A stretch of DNA of 64,000 bases from NCBI GenBank assembly GCA_002269645.1, contig NIVC01002577.1, forward strand, positions 502-64,501. Direction: 5' to 3'. Shown here piece after piece: positions 1-12,762 of the stretch. The notes beneath the pieces are model-generated. The model worked only from the letters and a program-made list of their open reading frames with translations, made no database searches and had not been told where the DNA came from. The stretch comes from Macrostomum lignano (taxonomy: Eukaryota). The position numbers and the translations under genes were made by a program. The stretch's first letter is position 1, and every line of letters begins with the position of its first letter.

Positions 1-1
1 C

Positions 2-193
2 GGTTTTGGCAACAACCGTCTCAGCCGGCCGTCCATTGACAACCGGCCCACCGTGTACTCGAGCGTCCCGCCGAGAGACAGCATCCCCATGGGAACTCTG
101 CCATCGGCCAGAGCCGCTTCACTTTCCAGCGCCGCCAACCCGGATGTGACGGTCGTTTCAACCAGGCGAGCCGGCCGGACGAGCACCACTTGA
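2..193 (+). CDS. 3' end of an unidentified gene running in from the left edge (GFGNNRLSRPSIDNRPTVYSSVPPRDSIPMGTLPSARAASLSSAANPDVTVVSTRRAGRTSTT*)
   Basis: Open GC-rich frame from the window edge to TGA at 191-193, with coding-like composition. No recognisable domain. Confidence 0.4.
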   Translation, partial: GFGNNRLSRPSIDNRPTVYSSVPPRDSIPMGTLPSARAASLSSAANPDVTVVSTRRAGRTSTT

Positions 194-646
194 AGAGCTG
201 CTGGCTTCGCGCCGATTTCTCTGCACAATACCTGCTGATTTCGATTTTTGTTGCAGCTGCTCTATGCGTAACTAGAACTATGATGTCGAAAGGGAGTCTG
301 GATATCCTTTGATCGGAGCAAACAAGTGTCAGTTAGATGAACCAGTCTGCTTCCCCTAGCAGATACCCGCGCAGAGTCTCATATATTAAAATTGTCGCAA
401 TATATTATCATATTTAAGGCCATGCCCAGTTGAGCACAGCTGCAAACAGACTGTGGCACATTGCCTCGCTATTTCCGCCTGCAGTGTCTATAGTTAAACT
501 GCTTCACTAGTGCAGTGATAGCGCATATAGGATTGCAACGCTTCCCTCTCTTCTCGTTTGAAATTTTCATGTGCACCCTAACTGCACATTGCAGCTGACG
601 CCAATCCATCCATGAACTACTTATGTCTGTTTATTATCCCCTAAAA

Positions 647-1040
647 CTGGGGTCGGCTAATTTTAACCTCAAGAGCCAGATTGAGAACCAGCGTATATGG
701 CTGCGGGCTAGAGGAGGAGAGAAGAGGTTGAGAGAGAGGAGAAGAGAGGGGGGAGAGGGGGAGGAGAGGAGAGGAGAGGAGAGGAGAGGAGAGGAGAGGA
801 GAGGAGAGGAGAGGAGAGGAGAGGAGAGGAGAGGAGAGGAGAGGAGAGGAGAGGAGAGGAGAGGAGAGGAGAGGAGAGGAGAGGGAGGGGAGGAGAGGGA
901 GGAGATGTAAAAAGAGAGAGGAGATTAGAGAGAAGCGAGCTGAGAGAAGACACAAAAACGGCAGGATTGCTATTGTGTGAAGTTTCAAAGGACCGTGGGC
1001 CGGATAGACAGGCTTCGCGGCCGGAGTTTTCTGACGCCTG
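647..1040. mobile_element. hAT/Charlie-like MITE with internal (GAGAG)n microsatellite
   Basis: Ends are CTGGGGTCGGCTAA and (reverse complement) CAGGCGTCAGAAAACTCCGGCC. Flanking 8-bp near-duplication is CCCTAAAA/CCCTAAAC. Shares GGATTGCTATTGTG..AAGTTTCAAAGGA and GGCTGCG/GAGCCAGAT segments with the copies at 12478 and 39196. Confidence 0.7.
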
Positions 1041-1748
1041 CCCTAAACTGAAACTAATACACCGGTTCCTTGTCGATCGCGCAGCAGCACATTGGTTCGA
1101 TTCAGCGCCCTGTCCAGTCACTTCCTGGATCTCCATGTCACACACAATTTCGATTTATTTTATTGTTGTTGTGCTTGCTTACAGTCCCCGTTAGACACGG
1201 GCACCGAGTGTGCCCAGACACATAATTACTCTCGGATGTACATTGTTGTTCGTTGTGTTGTTTTTTTTAATTTTTGTGCAAAAGCACAGCGAGGTGGAGG
1301 CAGGCCTCGCACTGTTAAATACACGCGCGCGTCCGTACAATCAATCGCTGCACACGTTTTTCGTCGCTTTGATAGGCGTTTTTTTGGGTTAAATAGATTA
1401 GATTGTACGCCACACTACTTACAGCAGACGGGTGGAATAGTAATGTATATTTCAGCATGTCAGTTGTTGCTTATAGTTATTCTAAAATCCTTAAGCAAGT
1501 TTATAGCTTCAAAGTGCAGAATAAATTCTCTATTAACAGTAAGGAAACATTTAGTTTGAAATATTTACTGAATAAATACTCCTTGTAAGGCACTGCAAAC
1601 CAAAAAACAAAACAATGCAATAGACAAAGTTACCGAATGGAGAAGAAAAATAAAATAAACAAGCACATTTTATGAATATGAGCTATATGGCAATGGAAAC
1701 TTTTCATATCACTGCCAAACCGGCAAAGTTGCTGGTTTTCTACTTCTA

Positions 1749-4700
1749 CTAGCATGGACTGCAATCCATGCTACTTATAGTAGTCCACGCCAGATGGCTA
1801 AGAAATTTGCTTATCGTCAGTCCACGGGCGCCAGCCGAGTACTCGCAGCTCATCCGGCCTCCTCCGCCTTCCGATTCGCGAAGAATCTCGGCTTCAACGC
1901 GCAGGTGCCGACCGCGCAGCCGCCTGCCGCAGCTTTCCGCCGCCGCCGCCGCCGTGACCGCCGCTGCCGACTGCAGCTGCTGAAGCCGCTGCGGCTCCAC
2001 GCCAGGCCGCCAGCCGTCGCGCGGCAGCGGCACGCCCGGCTGGAAGATCCGACGGAAAAGGGCGAGCGCGACGTCCTGGTCTCGAGCCAGGAGCTCGGAC
2101 ACCGTGGCGCCGACTACCGCTTCCAGCTTGTCAACGGGCACAACGATGAGCTCCGTAGCTGAGGCTGCGTACGCGGAGGTCGATCGCAGACCCTGTCGGA
2201 GCATCGCCTCGGTGCCAACCAACTCGCCGGGCTCGTGCGTGTCCAGCAGCTGACTTGGCCGGTTGGGCCCCGGGGTGGCCGAGCTGGTGACGCGACCGGA
2301 GTAGACGATGAAGAGGCTGGTGATCTGGTCCGAGCCCTGGCAGGAGAGGAAAAAGAGAAGGAAGAGCTCAGAATATGAGCTAAAGGGGGCAAGAATATTG
2401 GGTACTGTGGTCACTAATGCAGGTTCCTTGTTCAGTCGCATCAAGACACAGTGACTCATTTTATCTGATTGAAAAGAGAGAAAAGGAAGCTGTTGGAGTT
2501 CATAGCTCGTGCGTGTCTGATAAGGATACGACGAAAGAATGCACAAAAGAATGTCTGTTTAACCGTTCGCCCACCTCCAAGAAGATGCTCTGGTTCGGCT
2601 GCTTCTCATCGATGCACGACATTATGCTGGCTTGGCTGGCCCTCAGCCTCTGCAGCTCGCGGTCGGTGAACAGCCGTCCCACTTGCTGATGGCACATCAG
2701 GGCTTCAAGGCCGAAGGCGTAGACTCTGCCAGCAGCCGCTGGCAACGACTCGGCCGATGCTGCGGCGGTTAGCAGCTGCAGGTCGGCCTCCGCTGCGCTG
2801 GGGTACCTGGCCGCCAGGTAGGCTCGAAAAGCGTCCGGCCGGCGCAGGAAAATGTCGCGAAATTCGCAGCCAATTGCCGTCTCAAGGACGTGCTGATTGA
2901 CTAAGGCGAGCTCCGTGCCGTCCTGCTTCGCGCGAGCTTCGAAGCAGCACACGGCCGGCAGGTAGAGCTGCTCGGGGCACAGCAGACTGCCAGCCGGGCG
3001 AGTCTCTGTCCGTTCCTGAAAAATATAGAGAGATTTCCCGAGAGTTCCTGCGAGTTTCAATTGGGCTTCAATGATTTCAAACCTGCGAGATGCAGCCGCT
3101 TCCACCGCCGCAGCGCGCTGTGTGAGTCACCTCCGCCTCGCCGCTCTGCAAGAAGTAGATGATCCGCCTGCGCGAGGCCTCCTCTGTGACCATCAGGTCT
3201 CCGTCGGAGAATCGGCCGCCGCCACGGCCGCCCAGAATAACCGCCCGATGGCAAAGCCGCAGTGACCTCAGTTCGCTCGCAGTCAGAACATCATCGCCAA
3301 GGGGCTCCAGCATCTGTTGAATCTGGGCAGCCACCAAGCGCATCACCGCCAAGGCCTTGAAGGTGAGCTCGTCCCGGCCGGCTGGCAGACCGCCGCTTTG
3401 CTCGCTGCTCAGGAGCTCGTCCCTAGTCGGCGGAAACACCTCGTCCCGGAAGGCTCGATCCTCGTCTACCGCTGTCAGCTGGGCAGCGCCAACACACCGA
3501 CGGAACGTCTCCGTTCTTCGCTTCATCACCGAGATGAAACTGCGGCAGAGGCCCTCCTCCATGGCATCGACGTCCAGCGCAACCACCGTGCAGGCCGTGT
3601 TGGCGTAGGCGGAACGCTGGCAGTGGCAGGCGCTCTGAAGCAGCAGCGACTCCAGGCAGGCGCAGCCGCCGCGCCTGACGATTCCCAGCAGGGCGTGCGA
3701 CCCGTCCGGCCCCACCGGCGCCGTCTCGCGCAGCTCGCCTTCCAGTACAACGTACACATACTTCGCGTAGTCGATGCCCTCTGCGTAAAGGCAGTCATTT
3801 TTCTGTAGCGTCAAAATATGCGTCGCCATCTGCACCCGGTCGCCGAAGAGGCCGTCCAGTTCAGTTGGCCGCAGGAGGCCGCTGAGCTGCGGAACTCGGC
3901 ACAGGCGCAGCACGGAGCGTCGGTGAATGGCTGGCAGGTTCAGCCTGCTCCGGGCTTGCTCGGCCTCGGCGGCAGCGGCGGCCTCGGCAATCTGCTCGGC
4001 ATCGGCCGCGGCGGCCGCGGCTGCTGCAGCCTCCTCTTCGTCGCGGGTCAATTCAGAGCGGAGCTCTTCGGAGGCGCGCTCCAGCGCTTCGGAATCCTCA
4101 ATCAGCTGGTTGAAGATCGATCGGGGCACAGGCCGACTTCAAGGCTGACTAGAGTTGAAAGCTCCTCGACTGTAGCGGTGTAGGGCGACGGCAGGCGGAG
4201 CAGCGCTGTCCGGCCGGCGCCGCGGCGCGCTGAGAAGCCGCGAGAGTCGGTCAGGCTGACTCCGCCCTGCAGGATGCAGAAGAGCCGGTCGGGCACCGAG
4301 CCTTCCTCTTGCAGCACGTAGCCGGCTTCGTAGTCGTAGGTCTGCAGTTTTTAATTTTTGCATCATCCTACTAGTAGTAGTTTACTACTATCAAGAAAAA
4401 TGTTGAACTTTTTAAACTCTTATAGATTAATTTACCATGCACTTCTTGAATCGTGAAAATTTACTTTGGATGCTTTTGCGGCCTGTAAATGACAACTTTA
4501 AAAACTTTCATGGAAAATTTTGAACACACTATTAACAATATATTGATACTGAGACTAACAATTCCTATTCGCACCTTTAACGGCTCGTCCCAGCTCTCAG
4601 CCAGGGCGTGCAGCTCTCTAGCGGGCAGCGGCCGCAGGTACTTGATGCTGCGAAGGCACTCGAGAAAGGCGCCCCGGCGGATCTCATTGGCCGCGGCCGT

Positions 4701-5327
4701 CAAACCGCCGAGGTCCTTCAAGCCGAGGGAGAACAGCAGCGAGTCCTCGGCGGCCACGCAGCTGAACTGGGAGGCCTGGCCGATGCACAGCGGGTCAAAG
4801 AACAGCTCGGCTCCGCACTCAAGCAGTCCGGTCTGGTACTGCAGGCCGCAGGGCGCCGGGTGACTGCGCAACGCCCTGAGCTGGCCTTTGTAGACCAGGT
4901 AGCACTGCTTGATGGGGTCCCGTTCGCGAATGAGCCTCTTGCCAGCTGGCAGGCGTAGCGGGCTGAACGCATCGATGAAGGCGTGGATGAGCTCGCTAGT
5001 GTAATACAGGGCCGGCCGGCGGAGCCAGGCGTCCAGCAGGAACAGCCGCTCCTCCGGCCTCTTGCGCTGCTTCGGCAGCTGCGCCAGCACCCGGTTGGGG
5101 TCCTGCACTACCGAGTGCGACAGGCTGACGCTCGTCACAACGCTCTGCACTTCCGGTACGCGAGGCCGGTAGCGCGGGCAGCCGCACTCGAGGCGCTGAC
5201 CGTTGCTGCCGCCGCTGGCGCTGCTGCTGAGACTCTCTTGCAGCACGCCGTCGTTCGCGTTCGTGTTGGCGTCAGGCGATGGCGGGCTGATCAGGACGAA
5301 TAGTTCGTTGACTTCGGTTGAGCTCAT
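1749..5327 (-). CDS. Multi-CNB (about 5 cyclic-nucleotide-binding-like domains) protein, about 1010 aa, with one apparent 1-nt frameshift near 4130
   Basis: Exons 5327-4575, 4341-3083, 3015-2575 and 2336-1749 have GT-AG junctions in phase 0. CNB-like segments: LIRERDPIKQCYLVYKGQL, VLQEEGSVPDRLFCILQGGV, LYAEGIDYAKYVYVVLEGEL..QRSAYA, IIYFLQSGEAEV, FLEGSDQITSLFIVYSGRV..PGELVGTEAML..RSTSAYA. The exon-2 frame must shift to join ..LVSLEVG to VPRSIFNQLI. Confidence 0.8.
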
Positions 5328-5494
5328 GATTATTCTGACAATGCGATTGTTGCCTTTTGACGTCTGTTTTACCCCAATTCGCTTTCCTGGCGAAAACTGC
5401 ATTGAACTCGGTGCGTTCGAGCAAGGCTGAAAATGGAAATGCCATAGACAATGCGATCTCTGAGCTTCTTGTTGATGGTCTTGTTAAAAATTAT

Positions 5495-6132
5495 CAGGGA
5501 CTTCTGTGATATAAACTTACCAGAGAATAGAAAAGACCGCAGAAGGGCAGCGGAGGATTGAAGGGGCGGAGGGTTGAAGGGGCAGAGGATTGAAAGGGTG
5601 GAGGGTTGAAGGGGCAGAGGATTGAAAGGGTGGAGGGTTGAAGGGGCAGAGGATTGAAAGGGTGGAGGGTTGAAGGGGCAGAGGATTGAAAGGGTGGAGG
5701 GTTGAAGGGGCAGAGGATTGAAGGGGCGGAGGGTTGAAGGGGCAGAGGATTGAAAGGGTGGAGGGTTGAAGGGGCAGAGGATTGAAAGGGTGGAGGGTTG
5801 AAGGGCGGAGAGTAGAAAACAGAGGATTGAAGGGGCGGAGAGTAGAAAACGGAGGATTGAAGGGGCGGAAAATAGAAAACGGAGGATTGAAGGGGCGGAG
5901 AATAGAAAACGGAGGATTGGAGGGGCGGAGAATAGAAAACGGAGGATTGGAGGGGCGGAGAATAGAAAACGGAGGATTGGAGGGGCGGAGAATAGAAAAC
6001 GGAGGATTGGAGGGGCGGAGAGTGGAAAACAGAGGGTTGAAGGGGCGGAGAATAGAAAACGGAGGATTTTAGGACCTAGGGGTAGGATCCTCTTTTCTAT
6101 TCTATGGTAAATCTATATCGTAGAAGTCCCTG
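5495..6132. mobile_element. TIR MITE-like element with a minisatellite core (GAGGATTGAAGGGGCG-type units, about 5550-6069)
   Basis: About 42-bp imperfect TIRs: CAGGGACTTCTGTGATATAAACTTACCAGAGAATAGAAAAGA versus the reverse complement of 6091-6132. A 7-bp direct repeat AAATTAT lies on both flanks. Confidence 0.7.
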
Positions 6133-6676
6133 AAATTATTGATTTGTTTCAGACTAACAACAAACTTTTGTAATTGGAATGAGTTATGATAAGGTTTTAA
6201 CTTGATGTTTGATCTGGCAATAATATCGGGAAAATTCCAACAATGGAGAATTTCAGATAAACAGCAGATTCTGTGGATGCATCAGACACGAAGGAGGAAA
6301 GTGAAGTTGATTGACAGCGCCCATCGCATCCCCGCTGCGTGGCTTCCCTAGTTCTTGACCAGCTATGGAAACTTCTGGAATCCCACGAGAATGGCGAGGT
6401 TTCAGCTTAGACGCGATGGGGAACAAATCATGCTGGGAAGGGAGAAATAAAATGAAGGGATTTCCATGTTCGGCCAGTGACTAGCTGTCAATGCCAATTA
6501 TAGTCAGCCGGCATATCCGGCACAGTTTTTGAGATTCTCCAGCTATATTCGCTAAACCTACTTGCAGTAGTTTAAATGGGGATTTTGTCTTTTTTGCATT
6601 CGTCTTATATCAGAATTAGGAAGTTTAGAAATTTTACAAATGGATTTAGTCTATTTAGTGAAATCGTATCTTATGG

Positions 6677-6741
6677 TTAGGGCTAGGGTTAGGGTTAGGG
6701 CTAGGGTTAGGGTTAGGGCTAGGGTTAGGGTTGGGGTTAGG
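6677..6741 (+). repeat. Interstitial telomere-like (TTAGGG/CTAGGG)n tract
   Basis: About 11 units of TTAGGG with CTAGGG and TTGGGG variants. Confidence 0.85.
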
Positions 6742-8085
6742 TGAAGTCTGATTAAAGTCTGGTGAAATGCGTCAACGTTGTTCAACTTAAAAACAAAACT
6801 TGTACGAACTTTTCTGTGCCTGCGTCCCCACCTGGTTCGTGAATTATCAATTTTAGACACGAATTCAAAATTTGCCAGCTCTGGGCCTTGCTTGACTTGT
6901 CTCGGTTCAGTTATTTTAAAAACCTGACTCAGCTCAACAGAATTATGCAATCAGCCTGTCTGCCACTGACCCTCCTTTGCTGCTCCATGAATTGAGCTGA
7001 GAATGGCCCGCGGGGTCAGAGCTTGCGTCCGCCAGTGCGACTACAAGCTAGATTGGCAGGTGTCAATCAAAGCCTGTCAAATTCACCCCCCCCCCCTAGA
7101 GCCGGGCAGAGTGTTGACTTTCGCCGAGTGGGTCCGCCCCCCCCCCCGAAGGGGCAGACTTCTAGACACTATTCCATTGCTTATCCTATCCTTTTAACTG
7201 GCAAGACAGGGCTAGGAGGGCATGGACGTCTAAGAGTTCGATATCTGGACTGGAGTATCTGCGAGTCTGTGGCGCAAGAGTTTACCGCTGATCGTAAAGG
7301 TATCTTAGACGGATACCTATTTAGTAAGCGTTGGTTTTCCTATCCAGATCTCTAGTCCGAGAAGTCCCTGTCAGTGGATAGCCAACCAACCTCCTTTTCG
7401 CCTTTCTTAGGGTCTTGGCGAGAAGGGAACCGCAGAGAGAGAGAGAGAAAGAATGACAGAAAGAAAAACACGAGCCTGAAAGCCTGGAGGGGGCCGGGGC
7501 CCGACCCTGCCTAGGCAAACAGTTCGCCATATAGAGAAATAGTCTGGCCGCAATGCCCACTCGCTAGAATAGATCTAAACACAGGGCTCAGACAGTATAC
7601 ACACAGGCCCAGTCCCAGACTGATTGATTGACTGGTGTGCCAGGGGCAGGTCCAAGTTATTCGCTCAATTCATAATTGGCCCAGTCTTGCTGGTTAACCA
7701 AGGGGCTCGGCAGACTTTGTCCATGTACAGATGGATATCTCTGTGAGAGCTTGTCAATACTGTCTAATGCTCTCGATGAGACCCGGGATTGGGAAGGATT
7801 TTCTGCGGCCAGAGCCCCGGGCTATTTTGAACAAATTGTCATGCTTTTAGCCTGTCGAATTGCGACTGCTAAAATATGGAGATTTTTTCAGTAAACTGCC
7901 TACCCAGAGCTCAGAGAGACCGGCTGTGCCGGCTCCCATATCCCCCAGGAGGCAGTCGACTGGAAATGGGGAATGGGCGAGAGATGGGCGAGTGCTGCTC
8001 GAGTGGCTCTGAATACCGCAGCGATGCTCTGGATTCCCGCTGGCTTTTATCAATAGAGACGCATTATCGAACAGCCTATGCATGC

Positions 8086-8773
<688 letters not shown>

Positions 8774-9692
8774 GATAGGCAAAAGGCAGCAGTGTATTAG
8801 CAGTTATCCGAAGTGTAGAGTGTATAGCAAAAGCAATGGCCATTTCGAGGCCATATTGGGCAAAGATATTCGCCCAGCAGAGTTCGGTGCGGCTTTATTG
8901 AATAGAGTCAAGAGCAATGGCAGCAGCATATTATCAAGAGCGAAAAGTTGGAGGGCCATGCGCTTTGCAACACACAGACGTGCTTTGTACACATGTACAG
9001 TGGCCCCGAAATATCTAGCAGCACTGCCAGTACAATAAAAGCAAGTACAGTTTCAGCTGCAGCGGTTGACTTATAGAGGCTGAACATTTTGCGGCTGTCC
9101 CGCTATTTTAGGTACAAAAAAGTCCCACACGGCATTGCAGTGCCGCTGTTAAGCATGCATTCACAAGTTACTTCAAAATGTTTGCGTTCAGGATAGATAG
9201 ATATAGAGGCTGTCTTAAACAGTCTGTCATTCTGTATTTACAGCATACTAACAGTTCTGAATTAGGTAAGTGGATGAGGTAGACAAGCAGTTAACAATGG
9301 AACGGGCCCAAAATTGCCCATCAGTAGCCATAATGAGATCATGAAGTTCGGGGGGGGGGCAATTCGAATCACGGATGACGTTTTATGACGAGCTGTAGAC
9401 AGACAAGTTACAGTGAGCGTAAGCAAATTCAAGGGCAAAGAATGTTCCCATGGATACGAACCTACAGCTAAACACCTATAGCAACACTCGCTAGGCTTGT
9501 GCGCAAGGCAAGAACGGGAGCAGGTCTAGCAAAGCTTTAACTCGAGGGGAAATCTACCGAAAAAGCGTCGATAATCGGGGTTTGCAAAATCGTATCTAAG
9601 GGAAACACCGCGCGCTAAGATGCCGGTAGAATTCGAACTGAGGCGATGAGAGAGGCGGGATCTGGGATCTGGGGAGGCTGTGTCGGTGGTCC

Positions 9693-12252
9693 CTACGAGA
9701 ACACGCGGCGCACGAGGCATCTGTGCAGCTCGATTTGCTGTTCGCATCGCTGGCAGACCACCTTGATTGGATTGTAGCGCATTGCGCAATTGCACCAGTC
9801 GGTCTTGTAGTGATACTCAACCCGGTGATTCCGGTTGCCGCAGCACAGGTGAGTGCACGACCTGTGATTGCTGCGCGGCACAGTCACGTTGCAGAGCCGC
9901 TCGTCAACTCCGTAGTAGCCGGCCAGCTCGTTGCGCTGGCAGAAGTCCGGCGGCTGGTTGGTGTACACCAGCAGCTTCTTGCGCACCCGTTTTACTCGAC
10001 GCTGCCGCTCGTCGTGGTAGAAAAGCTGCGACGCCATGCGACGCCGGCCGATCCGACGCTTGTCTGTCGAGGATGCTGCTCCGGTGGACGAAGTCGAGAC
10101 CGACGGCGACAGAAGCTGCTGAATGACAGCCGGCGGCAGGACGTGCTTGGATTTGACGAATAGCTTCTGCAGGTTGCTCTCGATGCGGCGCGAATGTCGG
10201 CGAAGGCCTTTGATGCAAATTCGCTTGGAGCAGGAGCCGGAGATGCCCAGACAGTTGCAGATGCTGATGCGACTGCGCTTAACCACCTGCAGATTGGTGC
10301 GTGTGCTTAGGTGCTCAGGTCCCTTTTCTGGCGTTTATTAAGCCTTCAAAGTTGTGCACTTTAGTGTGTTTGTTAGCTATAATCTACAATCTATAATCTG
10401 CTTGCGGCAACGCAAGCAGTCTTGAAAGTGCATAGATACATGTACGTACTTTTGGAACGTCAGGGGTGGGAAGTGGGTATCGTACCAAGCTTGCTTTCCC
10501 TTAGCCCTATTTCCCTTTCCCCTTAGTAATTGTTCTTCCGTTAGTTTTTGCCCCCCCCCCTTGTGCTGGCTGGCTGGTTGAGTAATCTTTGAACGAGCGC
10601 AACTCACAATGTGACCCGCCCGTCTGTTGTGAAAGTTGACTTTCTCGATAAAATTCATGTCCGGCGCGAATCCGCGCGAGTCGCTGAAGAACTGTCGAAC
10701 CCTCTGGCTGGCCAGCGCGATGTTGTCGTCACAGGTGGGCACATTCAGGTTACCGTACTTCTCGCTGATCTTCTCCGGGTTCAGCATCTTCAGCTGCTCT
10801 TTGCCCAGCGCGATGCTTCGACGCGGTCGCTCTCGACGATCGTTCGGTCGGCGGCGTCGATTCTGGCGCCGGTTTTTGCGCCGATTCTTGCGTCGATTCT
10901 GGCGCTGTTGGTCTTTGTTTCTTCGGCCGACTCGCTGACGGGGCGTCTGGTGGCACGGACAGTTGAGGCCGGGGACGCCGCGGCGACAGGCCATGACCAG
11001 CTCCTCGATGGCTTTGCTGACCGAGATGGCCCATACAAAGGCCGCCTGCGGATATCCTGAGGAGGAGTTGGAATAGCAATTATGCGCTCATTTTTCAAAA
11101 TTTTAGGCCTATGGTTGCTTGTATTTGCCAATGGTTTCCTGTGGTTTTCGATGGTTTCCTGTGGTTTTCAATGGCTTTCTGTGGTTTCCAATGGTTTCTT
11201 GTAGTTTTCAATGGCTTTCTGTGGTTTCCAATGGTTTCCTGTGGTTTTCAATGGCTTTCTGTGGTTTCCAATGGTTTCCTGTGGTTGCCAATGATTTTCT
11301 GTGGTTGCCAATGGTTTCCTGTGGCTTCCAATGGTTCCTTGTGGTTGCTAATTGACTATTGTTTACCATTGGCTTATGGTTCACACCAGCTCACCCGAGT
11401 TAAGAAACGGCGCAGCAAAAGTGCAATTCCAGCGCTCGTTGCGAAACATCGATTGACAGATTTTGTAGCCATTGGACAGGCCGATGTGCACAAACTGGTC
11501 TGATAGGCTGGCCTCGCGACAGTAGGCCGCCTGGCGACTGCCCGGCACCGACAGCTCGCCGCCGCTGCCGCCGCCGACAACACTGATACCACTTCCAACA
11601 TCGCCGACATCGCCACTGACCCTGCCGACACCACCGACACCGCCGACACCACCGACACCGCCAACACCGCCGACACCGCCGACACCGCCGCCAACACCGC
11701 CAACACCGCCGACACCGCCGACACCGCCGACAATGCCGCACATGGCCTCCCGACTTGTCGTGAGAAAGTGGAGAAAAGTTTGCGCATTGAATCGGTCGCT
11801 GTCGGAGTCGCTACCGACGCCGTCGCTGCCGCTGCTTGCCGGGTCTCGCCTGCCGGAGCTTTTGTAGCTGAATATGCTTCTGCGAATTCCGGAGTTTGGG
11901 AAGATTTTGTCTGATTCTTAAGTAAGTTTAAGCTCTGTTCTACCCAATACCGTTAATCCCTATACTCAGATCTACTTCCAAAGCACTATAAAATTTACCC
12001 TACATTGTAAATATATATGTATTATGCCATTATCCCTACATTCTCAAACTCTTCCCAAATTCTATTTTAACTCTCCCTAAATTCTACTCACCCATCCGCA
12101 TACGGACAAGCCGCCACGATCCAGCAGAGCACCGCAACGCCAATCACGAAGTTGATTCGGCGGATTCGCCAGACATTCGAGTCTGTTGATCTCGTCGCCG
12201 ATGCAGCCTCCGATCCGTCTGTATCGGCCGAGTCAGACTCCTGCGACTTCAT
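9693..12252 (-). CDS. wnt: Divergent Wnt family ligand, 562 aa
   Basis: Exons 12252-12092, 11879-11395, 11056-10608 and 10286-9693 are phase-consistent (2,1,0). Motifs: hydrophobic leader FVIGVAVLCWIVAAC, CQSMFRNERWNC, QAAFVWAIS..ACRRG..CPC, CDDNI..F.D..VNFHNRRAG, CNCLGISGSCSKRIC, LVYTNQPPDFC..CN..C..LCCG. Subfamily not assigned. Confidence 0.9.
11110..11350 (+). repeat. About 20-bp minisatellite (GGTTTCCTGTGGTTTCCAAT) in Wnt intron 2
   Basis: Direct tandem units fill most of the 11057-11394 intron. Confidence 0.9.
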
Positions 12253-12477
12253 CGCGGTTGTCCCTGTCTAGAGATTGCTAATTGGAATCTTCTGAATCGA
12301 AGAGATCTCACCCAGACCAGAGAGAAGTGACGGCTTGACTGGGCCAGTGGTTTATCTGTGGAAGACATTGAAAGCCGGTACTGAAGTGGACAGGGGGGGG
12401 CGAACTCTCAGCCAATCAGAGCTTTCCTATGCGGTAATTGGCCCGGCATTGACCACACTGTTCTTATCTATCTGAAT

Positions 12478-12762
12478 CAGGGGTTGGCACACTCCGGCCC
12501 GCGGGCCACATGCTCTCTAGCCGGCCCTCGGATCCTTTGAAACTTCCCATAGCAATCCGGCCCGCTCAAGGTTTGCGTCTCTTCTCAGCTCTCTTCTCAG
12601 CTCTCTTCTCAGCTCTCTTCTCAGCTCTCTTCTCAGCTCTCTTCTCAGCTCTCTTCTCAGCTCTCTTCTCAGCTCTCTTCTCAGCTCTCTTCTCAGCTCT
12701 CTTCTCATTCGCTAGGTTCTTTACCTGCTCCAAAAATTAAAGAATAAACTTGCCGATCCCTG
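12478..12762. mobile_element. hAT/Charlie-like MITE with internal (CTCTTCTCAG)n microsatellite
   Basis: Ends are CAGGGGTTGGCACACTCCGGCCCGCGGGCC and (reverse complement) CAGGGATCGGCAAGTTT, typical of Charlie/SPIN-type termini. The array spans about 12580-12706. No TSD seen. Confidence 0.7.

Noticed and set aside
4102-4140. Programmed ribosomal frameshifting in the CNB or MRM2 genes
   Set aside because: No slippery heptamer or stimulatory structure is evident. An indel error or decay is simpler.
6950-8085. GC-balanced intergenic block that might be a retroelement piece
   Set aside because: No termini, second copy or protein motif could be identified by eye.
8820-9038. 72-aa plus-strand ORF after the GATA repeat
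   Set aside because: No recognisable domain, no linked exons, and it lies downstream of the Wnt 3' end.
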